From NCBI GenBank assembly GCA_951406725.2, contig OX597820.1, positions 2,604,001 through 2,668,000 of the forward strand: DNA of 64,000 nucleotides, in the 5' to 3' direction. Below the pieces are notes generated by a model that worked only from the letters and a program-made list of their open reading frames with translations, had not been told where the DNA came from and made no database searches. Numbering within the stretch: position 1 is the first letter of the stretch; every line of letters begins with the position of its first letter. The stretch comes from Octopus vulgaris (lineage: Eukaryota). Shown here in pieces: positions 1 through 12,263 of this stretch. The translations under genes were made by a program, and so were the position numbers.

Positions 1-434
1 TTGGTTTTTTCACTGATACACTGGATATAACCAGGAAACTCCAATTGCTGATATCCCTTTGATAGGATTTATATCCTTGATTTAGTTGTATGTATGTATA
101 TTTATTGAGTATTATCTGAGCGATAACCTCATAATTTCCATTTAAAAGCTTCTATTCTGTTATTGGCTGCCATATGCCATCATAGAGCAGGTTAATTCCT
201 TGAACTGGATTAGCTAATTAGGCTGAAGCATTTAAAAAATGGGGAACTGGATGGGATCCAGCTGTGCTTTAAAAGCAACCAACCTGATGGAGGACCAGTA
301 CACAGATGCTGCAGCTGGGCTTATTTATGTAATTTATATAAAGGTATGAGGCTGAAAAACTCAGCAACTTGCAGCCATTACCATTGCAAAGAAACAAATG
401 TTGTAATTAAACCATGTTTATTCCATTCACTTGT

Positions 435-469
<35 letters not shown>

Positions 470-1219
470 TCCAACCCATGCTATTATGGAAAGCGGACGT
501 TAAACGATGATGATGATGATGATGATTATATATGTCATCATCATCATTGTTTAATGTCCATCTTCCATGCATGCATGGGTAGGATGGCTGACATGAGCCA
601 GCCAGGTAGGAAACTACCCAAGGCTATTGTATCTGCTTTGGCAGGGTTTTGTATATATTGTCATCACCATCATACTTTCAATGTCCATGTTTCTATGCTT
701 GCATGGGTTGGCAGATTTTCTCTGGCTGGGTACCCTTCTGGTTAACAATCCTCACCTGATTCTTCACAGATTGGAAAACTAAAATTTGAAAAAACAATTT
801 GTGAACTTTTAAATCATCCAGCAACAGCAACGAAACTGCTAAACCCAGGTTTCTGCTTCCTTGAGTAGAAATCTAGACTCAGCAGTCCTACCACCACTGT
901 TGGATGCTTTTTCTACTGATATGCTTCTCTGCATTTTAGGCCTATACAAGATGTTTTCTTGAGACCATTACCACAGTTTTCTGGCTTTCTACTGTATATC
1001 CATGTTGAATAGGATATATATCTTCATCATCCTCATTTAATGTCCATTTTTCCATGTAGGCATTGGATAATTCGACAAGGGCTGACTGCTTCAAGCTCTG
1101 ATTGTCTTTTTGGGTCTGGTTTCTACACCTGGATCCCCTTCCCTAATGCCAACCACTTTGCAGAATGTATTTGGTGCTTCTTACGTGGCACCAGCCCCAG
1201 TATGGTCACCAAGTAACTC

Positions 1220-1930
1220 GTGTGTGTATTTTTATATATACACACACACACACACATGCACACAAATATACATACATAACACACACACATACCCATAGAA
1301 GCATACACACAAGCACAATCCCCTACATACACTTTTATGCACACATACACACATTCTACACAAACATGTGTACATGAGTACCATGTTATAGAATGAATAT
1401 AACAGATTGAAATATAATTATACATTGTGTAATACATACATACGCGTGTATGGACGAATGTATGAGTGTGTGTATAGCAAGAGAATATAACAAATGAAAA
1501 ATACGTATTACAAAATGTGATAAAATATTTAATAACAAATACAACAGAAAATGTGTAGTGTAAAATGAACGATTATAAAATATAACATATGCAACATAAA
1601 TTGTGCAGTATACAACATATAATAAAATATAAAAATATGTGATAGATGTGTATGTATATATTTTTAAATACGTATGTGATGATCTATACAGTATATATAT
1701 ATTATGCATAAAGAAAAAAATTTACATTAATATACATAATACACATAAAATGGAAAAGGAAAGAATATAAGAACATATACAAGGGTATATAAATTATATA
1801 AAAATAAAGAACATTATGAAAAAAATATATAAAGAACATTATAACAAAAATATATAATGAAATATAAATATAATAATAAACAATATGAAACTACAGAAAC
1901 TTAAGATGTATTGTGTGTGTGTGTGTGTAT
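1220..1930. repeat. Low-complexity (CA)/(TA)/A-rich tract
   Basis: Direct reading. Confidence 0.85.
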
Positions 1931-1942
1931 TGTTGATAATGT

Positions 1943-2408
1943 AGTTCTATATTTAAGAGATGAGGAATTATGTACACTGTTTACATTTAACGGATATTTA
2001 TCCTCATCTTGTTTGTTAACACAACTTTTCGGCTGATATACGCTCCAGCCTTCATCAGGTGTCTTGGGGAAATTTCGAACCTAGGTTCTCATTCAATATT
2101 ATTATTATTCAGGTCACTGCCTGGAATTGAACTCGGAATCTTGGGGTTAGTAGCCCGTGCTCTTAACCACTACACCCACGGGCATATGGCGTAGTGGTTA
2201 AGAGTGCGGGCTACTAACCCTAAGATTCCGAGTTTGATTCCAGGCAGTGACCTAAATAATTATAATATAGAAAAATAGCTTAAGAATGAGAAACTAGGTT
2301 CGAAATTTCCGCACAACACTTGATGAAGGCTGGAGGGTATATCAGTTGAAACGTTGTGTTAACAACAAACAGGATGAGGACAAATATCCATCAAATGTAA
2401 ATAATGTA
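1943..2408. mobile_element. Fold-back tRNA-head plus hammerhead element (family A), two inverted arms
   Basis: Arms of about 200 bp are reverse complements. Each has a tRNA-like head (tagtggtta...gttcgattcc-type boxes) and a CTGATGA...GAAA fold. Confidence 0.85.
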
Positions 2409-3239
2409 TATCATTGATGTCAAGAATTATATAAACTTTTGAAAAAGTTCAATAATTCTTTTTTGGAATAAAGGTTTATGAAGCCCATTACATACAGCTA
2501 TAAAAGATAGCCCGTAAAATAATGGGTTGAAAAATCTTTTTGATAGAAAAAGTCAAAAGTTGCTCAAGGGGGTTGTATTTGATATGCTTCAAGGACCATT
2601 ATTCCAAGATATATTATATATATGGTATTTGATTTATTTAAGATGCCCCCTCCCCACCTTTTGTTTCCCCCAAAGTTCTCAAAAAGCATCATTCTAGGTC
2701 CTTATATATCAAATTGGACCTCTGTTACATGTTTGAACCCATCAGCATTTAAACTGGCCTAAGAATTCTACCAAATCCTGCTCCTCACCCCTGTTCTATA
2801 TTGTCATTTGGAAAAGAAACAATCCCATCACTGATATCTCAAATCTACAAAATGATGCATGATTCATTGAAAACTATGGAAATAAATATTACATTTGACA
2901 GAAGAATCTGAAAGCTAAAGGTTGAATGCATTGAAAATGGTTGTTCCTGAATATGTGCTGCTGAAATTGAGGTGTGTCTAATTGACCAGGAATCTTTTAT
3001 ACCATCAACTACGATAAGTGTATGTGTGTAATATGAAAATACATCAAAGACAATTCAAATAATAAGAAAAAGGAATAAAGAAACAAAAATGTGAAAATTA
3101 AAAATAATTTTTAAAAATACTCAGGGTGAATGTGACCAGGAATACATCTGTTAGAGATGGGTTTTTTTTTTTTTTGTAAAATATTTTTGTTTGTGAAACG
3201 TTTGAGGATTGATGTATATAGGATCCAGATGCTTAAAAC

Positions 3240-4200
3240 TCGTCTGTAAATGTCTCAAAAGCATTCATTCTCATCTTGATAATTTGAGACTAATTCAGAT
3301 GTTTTGTTTAATAGTAGCACATAGTTCTTTCTTTGGATGTTAAATTTCTTTTCTCATTAGAGGTGACATCTCTTGGATCCATTGGTATCTAAGATGGTGC
3401 TTTCAATGACTTAACCAATTTGTTAAGATAGTTTTTGTATTTTGGTTCTTGAGCTTTAGAAATATTTAATCCATGACATAGCTCTCTTGTATTCTGTGTG
3501 CCGGAAAGCGAATATGTTGTGTTTACCAGCTTTTGAATAGATTAGCTGCAAAAAACTGGTGTAATTTCCTTCTGTATCTTCAGATAAAGTGAGGTGAAGT
3601 GACTGGTGTGAAATACCAATATTTTATCATGGCACTTTTTGTTGGAGGAGCAAGAAATGGTGATTCTGCAAATGCCTAGAGAGCAACGTTGTGACTTACC
3701 AGTGCTTGTGATGTCTTCTATTGATCTTTGATGTTAAAAAACAAGTTTTTCAGAGCCATTGTAGTTAACCTTTTCTCAGAAGTTCATGAAAATTATGTGA
3801 GAAAATGAAGTGCTTATGTGTTAAACATAGGAAATATTCCTTCTGCATAAGAAATGGCATCAAGCCACTTGGCTGGGTCGAACCAAATATTTACCCCTTT
3901 CCTTATTACAGTTTCTATTTGTGTACATACTATTGGTGTTTTGCATATGCTGCATTGTATCTTTAAAACCATTCCCTGTTAAAACTTCTTTGTAAATAGG
4001 AAGAGCTCTACTCAAGGATTCTTCATCAAATGTGCTGCTGGAAATCCATTTGCTAATAATGCTGATTAAAAGACCATGAGTGAAATCTTGGAAATTAACA
4101 AAATGCTGGCCATGACAATATTTTTAGACTAAATTCTCGAATGGTTTTTATGAAGATGCTTCCGAATTTATCTGGTGTTGATCTATTTTAGAAACCGGTA
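3240..4200 (-). mobile_element. Decayed Penelope-like retroelement ORF (RT C-terminus, linker and GIY-YIG region)
   Basis: Fragments ISKWISSSTFDEESLSRALPIYKEVLTGNGFK, RKGVNIWFDPA and LLNKTSELVSNYQDENEC match recalled Penelope motifs (IWFNPP; LLNKRSELxSKCRH) in the correct order. Many stops and frameshifts. Confidence 0.7.
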
Positions 4201-4404
4201 AAGATTAGACCACAGCCTCAAATTCTAAATGAGAGGAAATGTTAAAGTGGGTCTAGTAAATATGTCCACCTCTCTCACAAACCTCTCTTCCATTGTAACT
4301 ACTCATAGCAACACCAGAAAGCTTTACCACCATTGTGCTGCTACTGAAAGGAACCACAATGGAAAGGTAATCACTTCTGAGCATTCATTAAAATATTAAT
4401 TCAG

Positions 4405-4789
4405 GAATCATTTACATTTGACGGATATTTGTCCTCATCTTATTTGTTGTTAACACAATGTTTCTGCTGATATACCCTCCATCAAGTGTCTTGGGTAAAT
4501 TTCGAACATGGGTTCTCATTCCTAAGGTATTTTTCAGTATTATATAGTGTAGTGGTTAAGAGCACGGGCTACTAACCCCAATATTCTGAATACAATTCCA
4601 GGCGGTGACCTGGATAATAATAATATCGAAAAATACCTTAGGAATGAGAACCCAGGTTCGAAATTTCCCCAAGACACCTGATGAAGGCTGGAGGGTTTAT
4701 CAGCTGAAATGTTGTGTTAACAACAAATAAGATGAGGACAAATATCTGTCAAATGTAAATAATTGCTCATCTCTTAAATCTAGAACTGT
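4405..4789. mobile_element. Family A fold-back copy; the plus arm is complete with its tail
   Basis: Same arms as 1943-2408; hammerhead-like motif at 4673-4718 (+); tail ctcatctcttaaatctagaactg. Confidence 0.8.
4673..4718 (+). ncRNA. Minimal hammerhead motif of family A (this copy slightly decayed)
   Basis: Consensus across copies: gacac CTGATGA a ggctg-loop-cagcc GAA ACGT T gtgtt. Confidence 0.65.
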
Positions 4790-5305
4790 AGAAATGAATG
4801 ACCAGATGCTAAATTTACAGAGCGTGGGTCTTGTGGTGAGGGAATAAAACTGAGTGAATCTGCAGTATTGTGTATCTTCTAGATGATTAAACCACTCAAT
4901 TACCAACATGTTGTAAACCAGTGGCATATATATTATATCTCAGGCATGTGCCATCAGCAATTACTCAGGGTAATAACCGAAACACAGGCGCATGACTGAG
5001 TTGGAGGCAGATTTGCTTCTGCCTTTATAGTACGTAAAGAAAATGTTGTTGTAGGAGTGTACGCAGCATGTGTACCACAGCAGTTCTATGCATAGCTTAG
5101 ATACTGAGATTGAAAGGCAGGGGCGAATGATGCCAACCTGATCTACAAAAAAATAAGATATTTTATATTTTACGCAGAGTAATCAGAGCAACCTTCATAA
5201 TTTTATTGAATTAGGTGCATATTTTGCCATAAAAGGAAAATGTTGCTATTGATCTATTTTATTCAGGGTAGGCACTGCCCACTTTGCTTACCTAGGCAGC
5301 ATGTC

Positions 5306-5604
5306 TCAGATCAAATCACTTGCTATGCAGGTACATCTCCGTAATATATATATATATTACGGAGATGTACCTGCATAGCAAGTGATTTGATCTGAGATCA
5401 TGTGCTGAAATATTTTCGTCAATTTAAAACTGCGACCTGTTCACTGACAAAAATCTGTGCTGCATCACGGATTTTTGTCAGTGAACAGGTCGCGGTCTTA
5501 AAGTGACGAAAATATTTTGACAAATTAAACTTAAATGTTGAAGTGAATCGAACGGCTTTTGTGTGTTTCTTAAATGGCTTATAAACACCTTCCACGCTGC
5601 AATT
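5306..5604. mobile_element. Family C fold-back element with two hairpins, (TA)n-associated
   Basis: Inverted repeats at about 5307-5396 and 5409-5517; a homologous copy lies at 27095-27432. Confidence 0.7.
5474..5524 (+). ncRNA. Hammerhead-like motif with G3-C8 core (family C)
   Basis: tttgtca GTGAACA g gtcgc-loop-gtgac GAA aatatt t tgacaaa: 7-bp stem I, 5-bp stem II, palindromic stem III. Confidence 0.6.
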
Positions 5605-5605
5605 G

Positions 5606-5648
<43 letters not shown>

Positions 5649-6349
5649 TTGAATTAATGGAAATTAAAATGTTTGTACTAATGTACTTAATTCCTATTAG
5701 ATGTAAAGTTATCTTTGAGGTCTTTCAAGGTCACTCGGGCATTCAGCTCTGTCGTCCATCGCAATTTGAAATGTTAATGTGTGTGTGTGTGTGTGTGCAT
5801 GCATCTATACCAGTATTGTTGTATGTGTTAGTGTTTGTATTTTTACAGTTCCTCCTATCTATCAAAGGTGGCACGAGCACTATCACACATGCTTCCCACA
5901 TGACAGAATTTCTGCCAACGCTCACAGGCCATAGTAGAAGACACTTGCCCAAGGTGTTGCACATGTGGTTGGAAAACGAACTTCTTATCCACATAGCCAT
6001 GCGTGTGCAGCCATCAATTCTGTATAAATTACTACACTTTGGTCTTAAACAAAAGGTCAAGAAACGATTTTGTATAAATTCTTTGCCTTTGTGTGGTTAG
6101 AATTTTTAAGAGCTTTCAGGTATATTCGTTTTTCTCTCAAGTCTTGAAAATCGTTAAAGTAATTTTACCTTTTCTGATCATCAGGAATTGATTTGTTTCT
6201 ACATTTGATGACACTTAGTTCTGCCATATTTGCAGTTTTCAAAGCTGTGTTTCTCTTTAATTGGTTGTGATCATGAGAGAAAAAAAAGCCTCCCCACCAT
6301 TCCTCTTACTACATCCCCCTTTCTCATCTCCAATAAGACATTGCCTATA

Positions 6350-7189
6350 CAGGGTAAATTATCACCATTTTATATTTTTAATTTCATGCATTGCATTGTT
6401 TGCCTTTGATTTTGTCGACTGCACAGTATAGTAGGGTCAGTTGGACACCATCTATGAGAAAAACAGCACCATGACACAATTCACTCTGCCAGAAATTTGG
6501 AAACGACATCATGCTGTAGTGCTTGGCATTCATGCAGGAAGATCCAATATGAATATTTCAGAGTGTTTAGGTGGCAATCTGAGGACATGTACTAAGAGTG
6601 ATAAAAATCAAACATCCAGTCAACATCACGGTGTTCGGAGTGATCACTAGTGATGGCAACATTATACCTCCATTCATCTTCCCACATGGCCTCAGACTCA
6701 ACATGTAGGCCTACATCAAGTGCCTGGAGAAGGTAGTGCTTCCCTGGGTGAAGAGGTTGGTTGTTGGAAGACCCTATCTCTGGCAACAGGACTCTGCACC
6801 ATGCCACACAAGCAGGGGAACCCAGTCATGGCTGTCAGACAATTTCTGTGAGCACACCACCCCTAACGTCTGGCCACCTAAGTCCCCAAACTACAGCCCC
6901 CTTGATTATTATGTGTAGGGTGCAGTTGAACATGTGACCAACAAAACTGCTTGTAACACCAAAAAAGAACTGAAGGCAAGGATTATGGCAGCATTCACCA
7001 ACTTAAACAAGGAGACCGAACAGAAGAGCTGCAGGAGATTCCAAAGTCATCTGGAGGCTGTGGTTGAAGCCAATGGCGATTTTATTGAATAAATTTACTC
7101 TTTAGTATTTCAAGATGTTTCTGGTAAAATGACATGTCAGTGTCATTTTCATTTTTGCATAATTTAGACAATTTATTCACCATATCCTG
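6350..7189 (+). mobile_element. Internally deleted Tc1/mariner element (maT/DD37D-like), transposase pseudogene
   Basis: WQQDSAPCHTS...WPPKSPNYSPLDYYV motifs; TA-flanked cagg...cctg ends. Confidence 0.8.
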
Positions 7190-8063
7190 TATATGGAGTG
7201 GGTGTATATAGTGCTACATGCATACACACGCATTTGCATATATGCGTGTGTATAAAGTGTGTGTGATTTGGTGGAGATTTAGCTGCTGTTTGTAGCAATT
7301 TGAGAAGCTCTGTACTGACCACCACATAAAAAGTACCAGAAGCTGTTCTGTGAATCATTATTCTGAGTTTCACAATGAGTTTGTTTTTGCTAACAACTGT
7401 GTTGGGCTTTTTGATAATTCCTTTAAAAAAGATTATTACAACATATATATACATTCAGCAAGGCAGAAAAACACTTCACCCCTTTCACTATATACTTGGG
7501 GTTAATGATAATATTAACAGTTATAAAATTGATTGTTCCATTATAGGACTTTAGTGTGTTTTACACACCTGATAGTGAAGACAAAAATATAAAGTGTTTT
7601 TGCATGGAAGTAGATGAATCTACCACGTCCATATATCAGCTGATATATTTTCTAATGGCTTTTGGAAATCAATCAAATCTTGACCATTTATATTACTATA
7701 TTTATAAATATCTTTGCTTATATATTGTCATGCTGCTTCCTTTCTTCAATGGTTTCAATAATCAGCCACACAACTCTGGAAGCTTTAACTTCTCATAAAA
7801 TATACATTACTCTATGTGTGTATATTTGTATATATTCTTATGAAGGCGGCAAGCTGGCAGAAACATGAGCACACCAGGCGAAATACTTAGTAGTATTTCG
7901 TCTGTTTTTATGTTCTGAGTTCAAATTTCGCCAAGGTCAACTTTTCCTTTCATCCTTTTGGGGTCGATAAATTAAGTACCAGTTGCATACCTTGGTTGAT
8001 CTAATCAACTGGTCCCTTCCCCCAAAATTTCAGCCCTTGTGTCTTGAGTAGAAAAGTATATTC

Positions 8064-8099
<36 letters not shown>

Positions 8100-8139
8100 T
8101 TATCTTCCACAGAACAGGGGACATGCAGAGATTGACAGT

Positions 8140-8700
8140 TGCTTTTGACAGTGAAGAGCAAAGTTCTGTATCAATCAAGTGTTGACTCATGCCAAGTGGA
8201 ATAAACCTGAGCGGTGCCCCTTGTTATTGAAGGGCAGGAACTGCTTGAAGCAAGCCACTTCTCTGGATAGCACAATCTGATGGTGGACTAGGTGAGCAAG
8301 GCCAGCTCAGTACTCAGAAGGTTGAGGCTTATTCAGAACGCTACATATGTCAGTCCAAGTTAAATGCAAAGCAAAATGAACAATATCATTATCCACCTTA
8401 TTATATGGAACAGAGACACTTGAAATCACTTGGATAAATAAGGTTAACAAACACACAATCCTAAGAAAAAGCCGAGGTTTTAATAGCATGGAGAAGATGT
8501 TGGTGCAGCAGCAATCTCTGCTGATGTGAGGATGTCCGAGGAATGGAGGAAATTCAGTTGCTCAGGCAAATACCTTGACTAATAATTGTTTAATGGTACA
8601 AGACGCACAGCTGAGAGTTAAAGATGTAACAAAATATGAGACTGCAGAGGCATTGCAGTGAAGGAGATTCCCTTCTCATATTTAAGATACGAGTCGTGTT
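8140..8700 (+). mobile_element. Old RTE-like LINE fragment
   Basis: LSTLLYGTET motif; otherwise heavily decayed. Confidence 0.4.
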
Positions 8701-9559
8701 TCATAAGGACAATCATTGTTGACTATTGGTGGACTGCTTATAGGGATGAATGCTACAAAAGGTTCCTTGTTGTAACTGCATGGTCAGTTGTTGAGAAAGT
8801 GTAATACATGTCTGCCATGTATTACATGATGCCATAACAGCTGGCATCATGAGGTTTAAAACTTTTGTGTTCCTTATTGATTGGAAGAGTCTGATTAGTC
8901 AAACATGTGAGCAGAGGCATTCCAGTAAAGACCATCACCTCTTATTTTCAGACATAGTGCAACCATGACATTCGCAAATATGGCTCTCCTGCTTTATGGC
9001 AGTAAAATGTGATTTAGATGGGGGTTTTTTTTTTTCAACCTTGTCTGTTCATTGAGGGGGAGGTTTTTAATTCTAGGGATTTTGTAACAGATTCTTACTA
9101 TTAATTGTAAATCAGTATAATACAAAGTTTTCTATAGATTGTTTTAATTGTAGAACTCAAAGTAGCTAAAGCTGTAAATAATAGCACGTAAAAGAATATT
9201 GGGTTTAAAAAATCCCTTTGGATGATAAAAAAGTCAAATGGCTGAAAAGAAAAGCTTATAAACAACGCAAGTTTTCTAAGTATTTTTTCTGAAATATTCT
9301 ATAAGTCGGGTGCAGTGAATTTGGATCGTTGGTTTGTTCTTATTGGCTGCTTTAAAGGGGAATTTGTTGTAACTGCCATAAACCTTAATCTGCTAACATG
9401 GCTGAGTATTATTTTGTTTTGTTTTGGCGAGATTAATTTCTTTGATTTTGTACTTTTGATCTTTTTGTTTAATCCTTTAGCATTTCAACTGGCCATAATA
9501 TTTCCCCTCTTTTATGTTCAATCTGACTGGATCCAGCTTTTCCAACCTACTTCACAATA

Positions 9560-10222
9560 CAGTTCTATATTTAAGAGATGAGGAATTATTTACATTATTT
9601 ACATTTCACAGATATTTGTCCTCGTCTGGTTTGTTAACACATTTTGGCTGATCTCATTTTAATTCATCATCTTGTAGCTTCGAGATTTCAACAATCTGAT
9701 TGTTTTCTTCTTTGAACAACATTGTAAAGTAGATTATTTACATTTGATGGATATTTGTCCCCATCTTGTTTGTTGTTAACGTTTCTGCTGATATACCCTT
9801 CAGCCTTCATCAGGTGTCTTGGGGAAATTTCGAACCTGGGTTCTCATTCCTAAGGTATTTTTCAATGTTGTTGTTGTTATTCAGGTCACTGCCTGGAATC
9901 GAACTCGGAATCTTGGAGTTAGTAGCCCACGCTCTTAACCACTACACCATATGACTTCAGTGGAGACATATAGAGAAACTCCATCAAAAGCCTATGGGCA
10001 TATGGTGTTGTGGTTAAGAGCGCAGGCTACTAACCCCAAGATTCCGAGTTCGATTCCAGGTAGTGGCCTGAATACTAATTATATTAATATTGAAAATTAC
10101 CTTAGGAATGATAACCCAGGTTCGAAATTTCCCCAAGATACCTGATGAAGGCTGAAGGGTATATCAGCTGAAACGTTAACAACAAACCAGATGAGGACAA
10201 ATATCCATCAAATGTAAATAAT
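9560..10222. mobile_element. Family A fold-back copy inserted into a TTAA-type MITE (9468-10329)
   Basis: Inverted arms; flanking near-direct repeat ctacttcacaat/ctactttacaat. Confidence 0.8.
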
Positions 10223-11621
10223 CTACTTTACAATGTTGTTCAAAGAAGAAAACAATCAGATTGTTGAAATCTCGAAGCTACAAGATGATGCAAGATCAAT
10301 TAAAAACACTGTGAATGCTAAAGGGTTAATTTTGTGGTATGTTTTTGTAGACTCTACAAGCTCATCTCAGAGAGCTTGTCATTACTGTCATTTTATGTTT
10401 CTGCTGACATTGTGTATCTCCAAAAATATGTGAGGCATTTGTTCATGTTTTTAGTTTACACAGATGTACGACATGAACTCTTTGTTATCACTATATTTAT
10501 CTCAGACATTTAATTTCTTTCATCTGAATTTCAGTTAGGATATATTTTCAATTTCAAGATGGAAGTCTTTTCAGAGATATTTCTGTTACCAAATATCATT
10601 GAGCAGGGATTTATGATTTCTTTTTCATTTCCAAATCAGCTGAACCAGGACCTCCTAAGACCAAAAACTGTCCACACCAGGCACCTCGCCTCTTAACAAC
10701 AATCAAATTTCCCATTAAGCATGTAAATTCGATTTTGTAAACAAAGAATTAATTTCTTGAATTTTTTTCTTTTTCAATCTTTTGAGAGTTGCTTCCAATT
10801 ACTGCTAGTTTGTTGTCTTTCTCAAAGGACACCAATGGGCAGCCAAACATGCAGAAATATGTGGGCACAGCAGCATCTAATATACATACAGGGGAGTTGA
10901 AATGTCACAACCCTGGCTAAGCATGTATGGTCATTGAAGGAGAGTACCATGGATTATGTCATCAAGTGGAGAGTGCTGGAGAGGTGCAAGCTTTGCTTCA
11001 ATAGAAGGAGGTCCAGTCTATGCTTGGCAGAGAAAGGGACTATATACTAAACTGCAAAAGTGAAGTTTCCAATCATGCCCACATGTAAAGAAAAATGTGA
11101 TTGGATACAGGTGGAGAGAACCATGAATATAAACAGCAGAAAAAATACCTTGCAACAGTTTTCACCTCTTCTTTGAGAGTTTAATAGCTTATGAAGAAAT
11201 TAACTTCACAGAAAATTATTTAATGCATTTATGGTTAGGAGAAAATATGATTTATGTTGGTCGGCAGTGTCAACAACAGACATGTCTTGGTCTTATTAGG
11301 TTCTCATCAAAAAATGTAGCCATCTCAAAACTGCTAAATAAGTGATCAATCTTAGACATTTTAACAAGTAGGAAAAGCTAGAAACATTTTTGGCTAGTTA
11401 TAATTCACATAATTGGTAAAAGAAAAAAAAAAAAAGCCAAAGGAAATAACTTAGTGAACCAATATATAATGTCATTAATACATTTTTGTGATAGTTAAAG
11501 GCTGAATAGCAAGTGTGTGTATGTTTTCCAAATAGTATATTATTATATATATATATGCAAATTTGTTGTTAAAAATGCACCTAAATTTGAAAAACTTGTA
11601 ATGGTTTAATATAAATTTATT

Positions 11622-11918
11622 TCCGATCGTGGCCGTTCGCCAGCCTCGTCTGGCACCTGTGTCGGTGACACATAAAAAACACTATCCGAGCGTGGCCGTC
11701 TGCCAGCCTCGTCTGGCACCTGTGTCGGTGACACATAAAATCACCCACTACACTCTTGGAGTGGTTGGCGTTAGGAAGGGCATCCAGCTGTAGAAACACT
11801 GCCAGATCTGACTGGCCTGGTGCAGCCTTCGGGCTCCCCAGACCCCAGTTGAACCGTCCAACCCATGCTAGCATGGAAAGCGGACGTTAAACGATGATGA
11901 TGATGATGATGATGATGA
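11622..11918 (+). mobile_element. RTE-type 3' UTR element with internal repeats of about 60 bp and (ATG)n tail (representative of more than 20 copies)
   Basis: gcacccactacactc..ggagtggttggcgttaggaagggcatccagctgtagaaac...ggacgttaaacgatgatgatg; also near 23890, 25745, 45340, 47624, 49300, 52930, 54950, 57720, 58150, 62290 and 63610. Confidence 0.8.
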
Positions 11919-11924
11919 TATATA

Positions 11925-12100
11925 TATACACCAAACTAGTTTCAACAATATTATGTGTTTATCAATGGTAAAAATTTAGAATTATGAATTAGAAAACAAG
12001 TTTAAATGTTCTTAAGTCATTATTGACTGTTTTTCTAATTCATAATTCTAAATTTTTACCATTGATAAACACATATTGTTGAAACTAGTTTGGTGTTTAT
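11925..12100. repeat. AT-rich inverted repeat with arms of about 70 bp
   Basis: caccaaactagtttcaacaat... versus ...attgttgaaactagtttggtg. Confidence 0.8.
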
Positions 12101-12263
12101 ATAAAAATAAATTTATTTTAAACAAGCTTTTCAAATTTGTGTATTTTCAACAACAAATTTTCCTATATTTTTTCCTGCATGGTACCCCCTCCCTCTTTCG
12201 TTTTATATATTTTTATACGCACAAACACACACATATATACATATACACACACACACATATATA

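Noticed and set aside
11-50. Hammerhead-like ctgataca-ctgg..ccag-gaaac at the window start
   Set aside because: The core lacks G8-A9, stems I and III cannot be formed, and the left context is cut off.
2186-2252. tRNA gene (apparent ACT anticodon loop) in the family A heads
   Set aside because: The copies are diverged, lack a proper acceptor stem and are always fused to the same downstream repeat. These are SINE-type heads, not tRNA genes.
5603-6100. 165-aa ORF, the longest in the track
   Set aside because: It runs through (TA)n and (TG)n tracts and a SINE fragment, with no protein-like signature.
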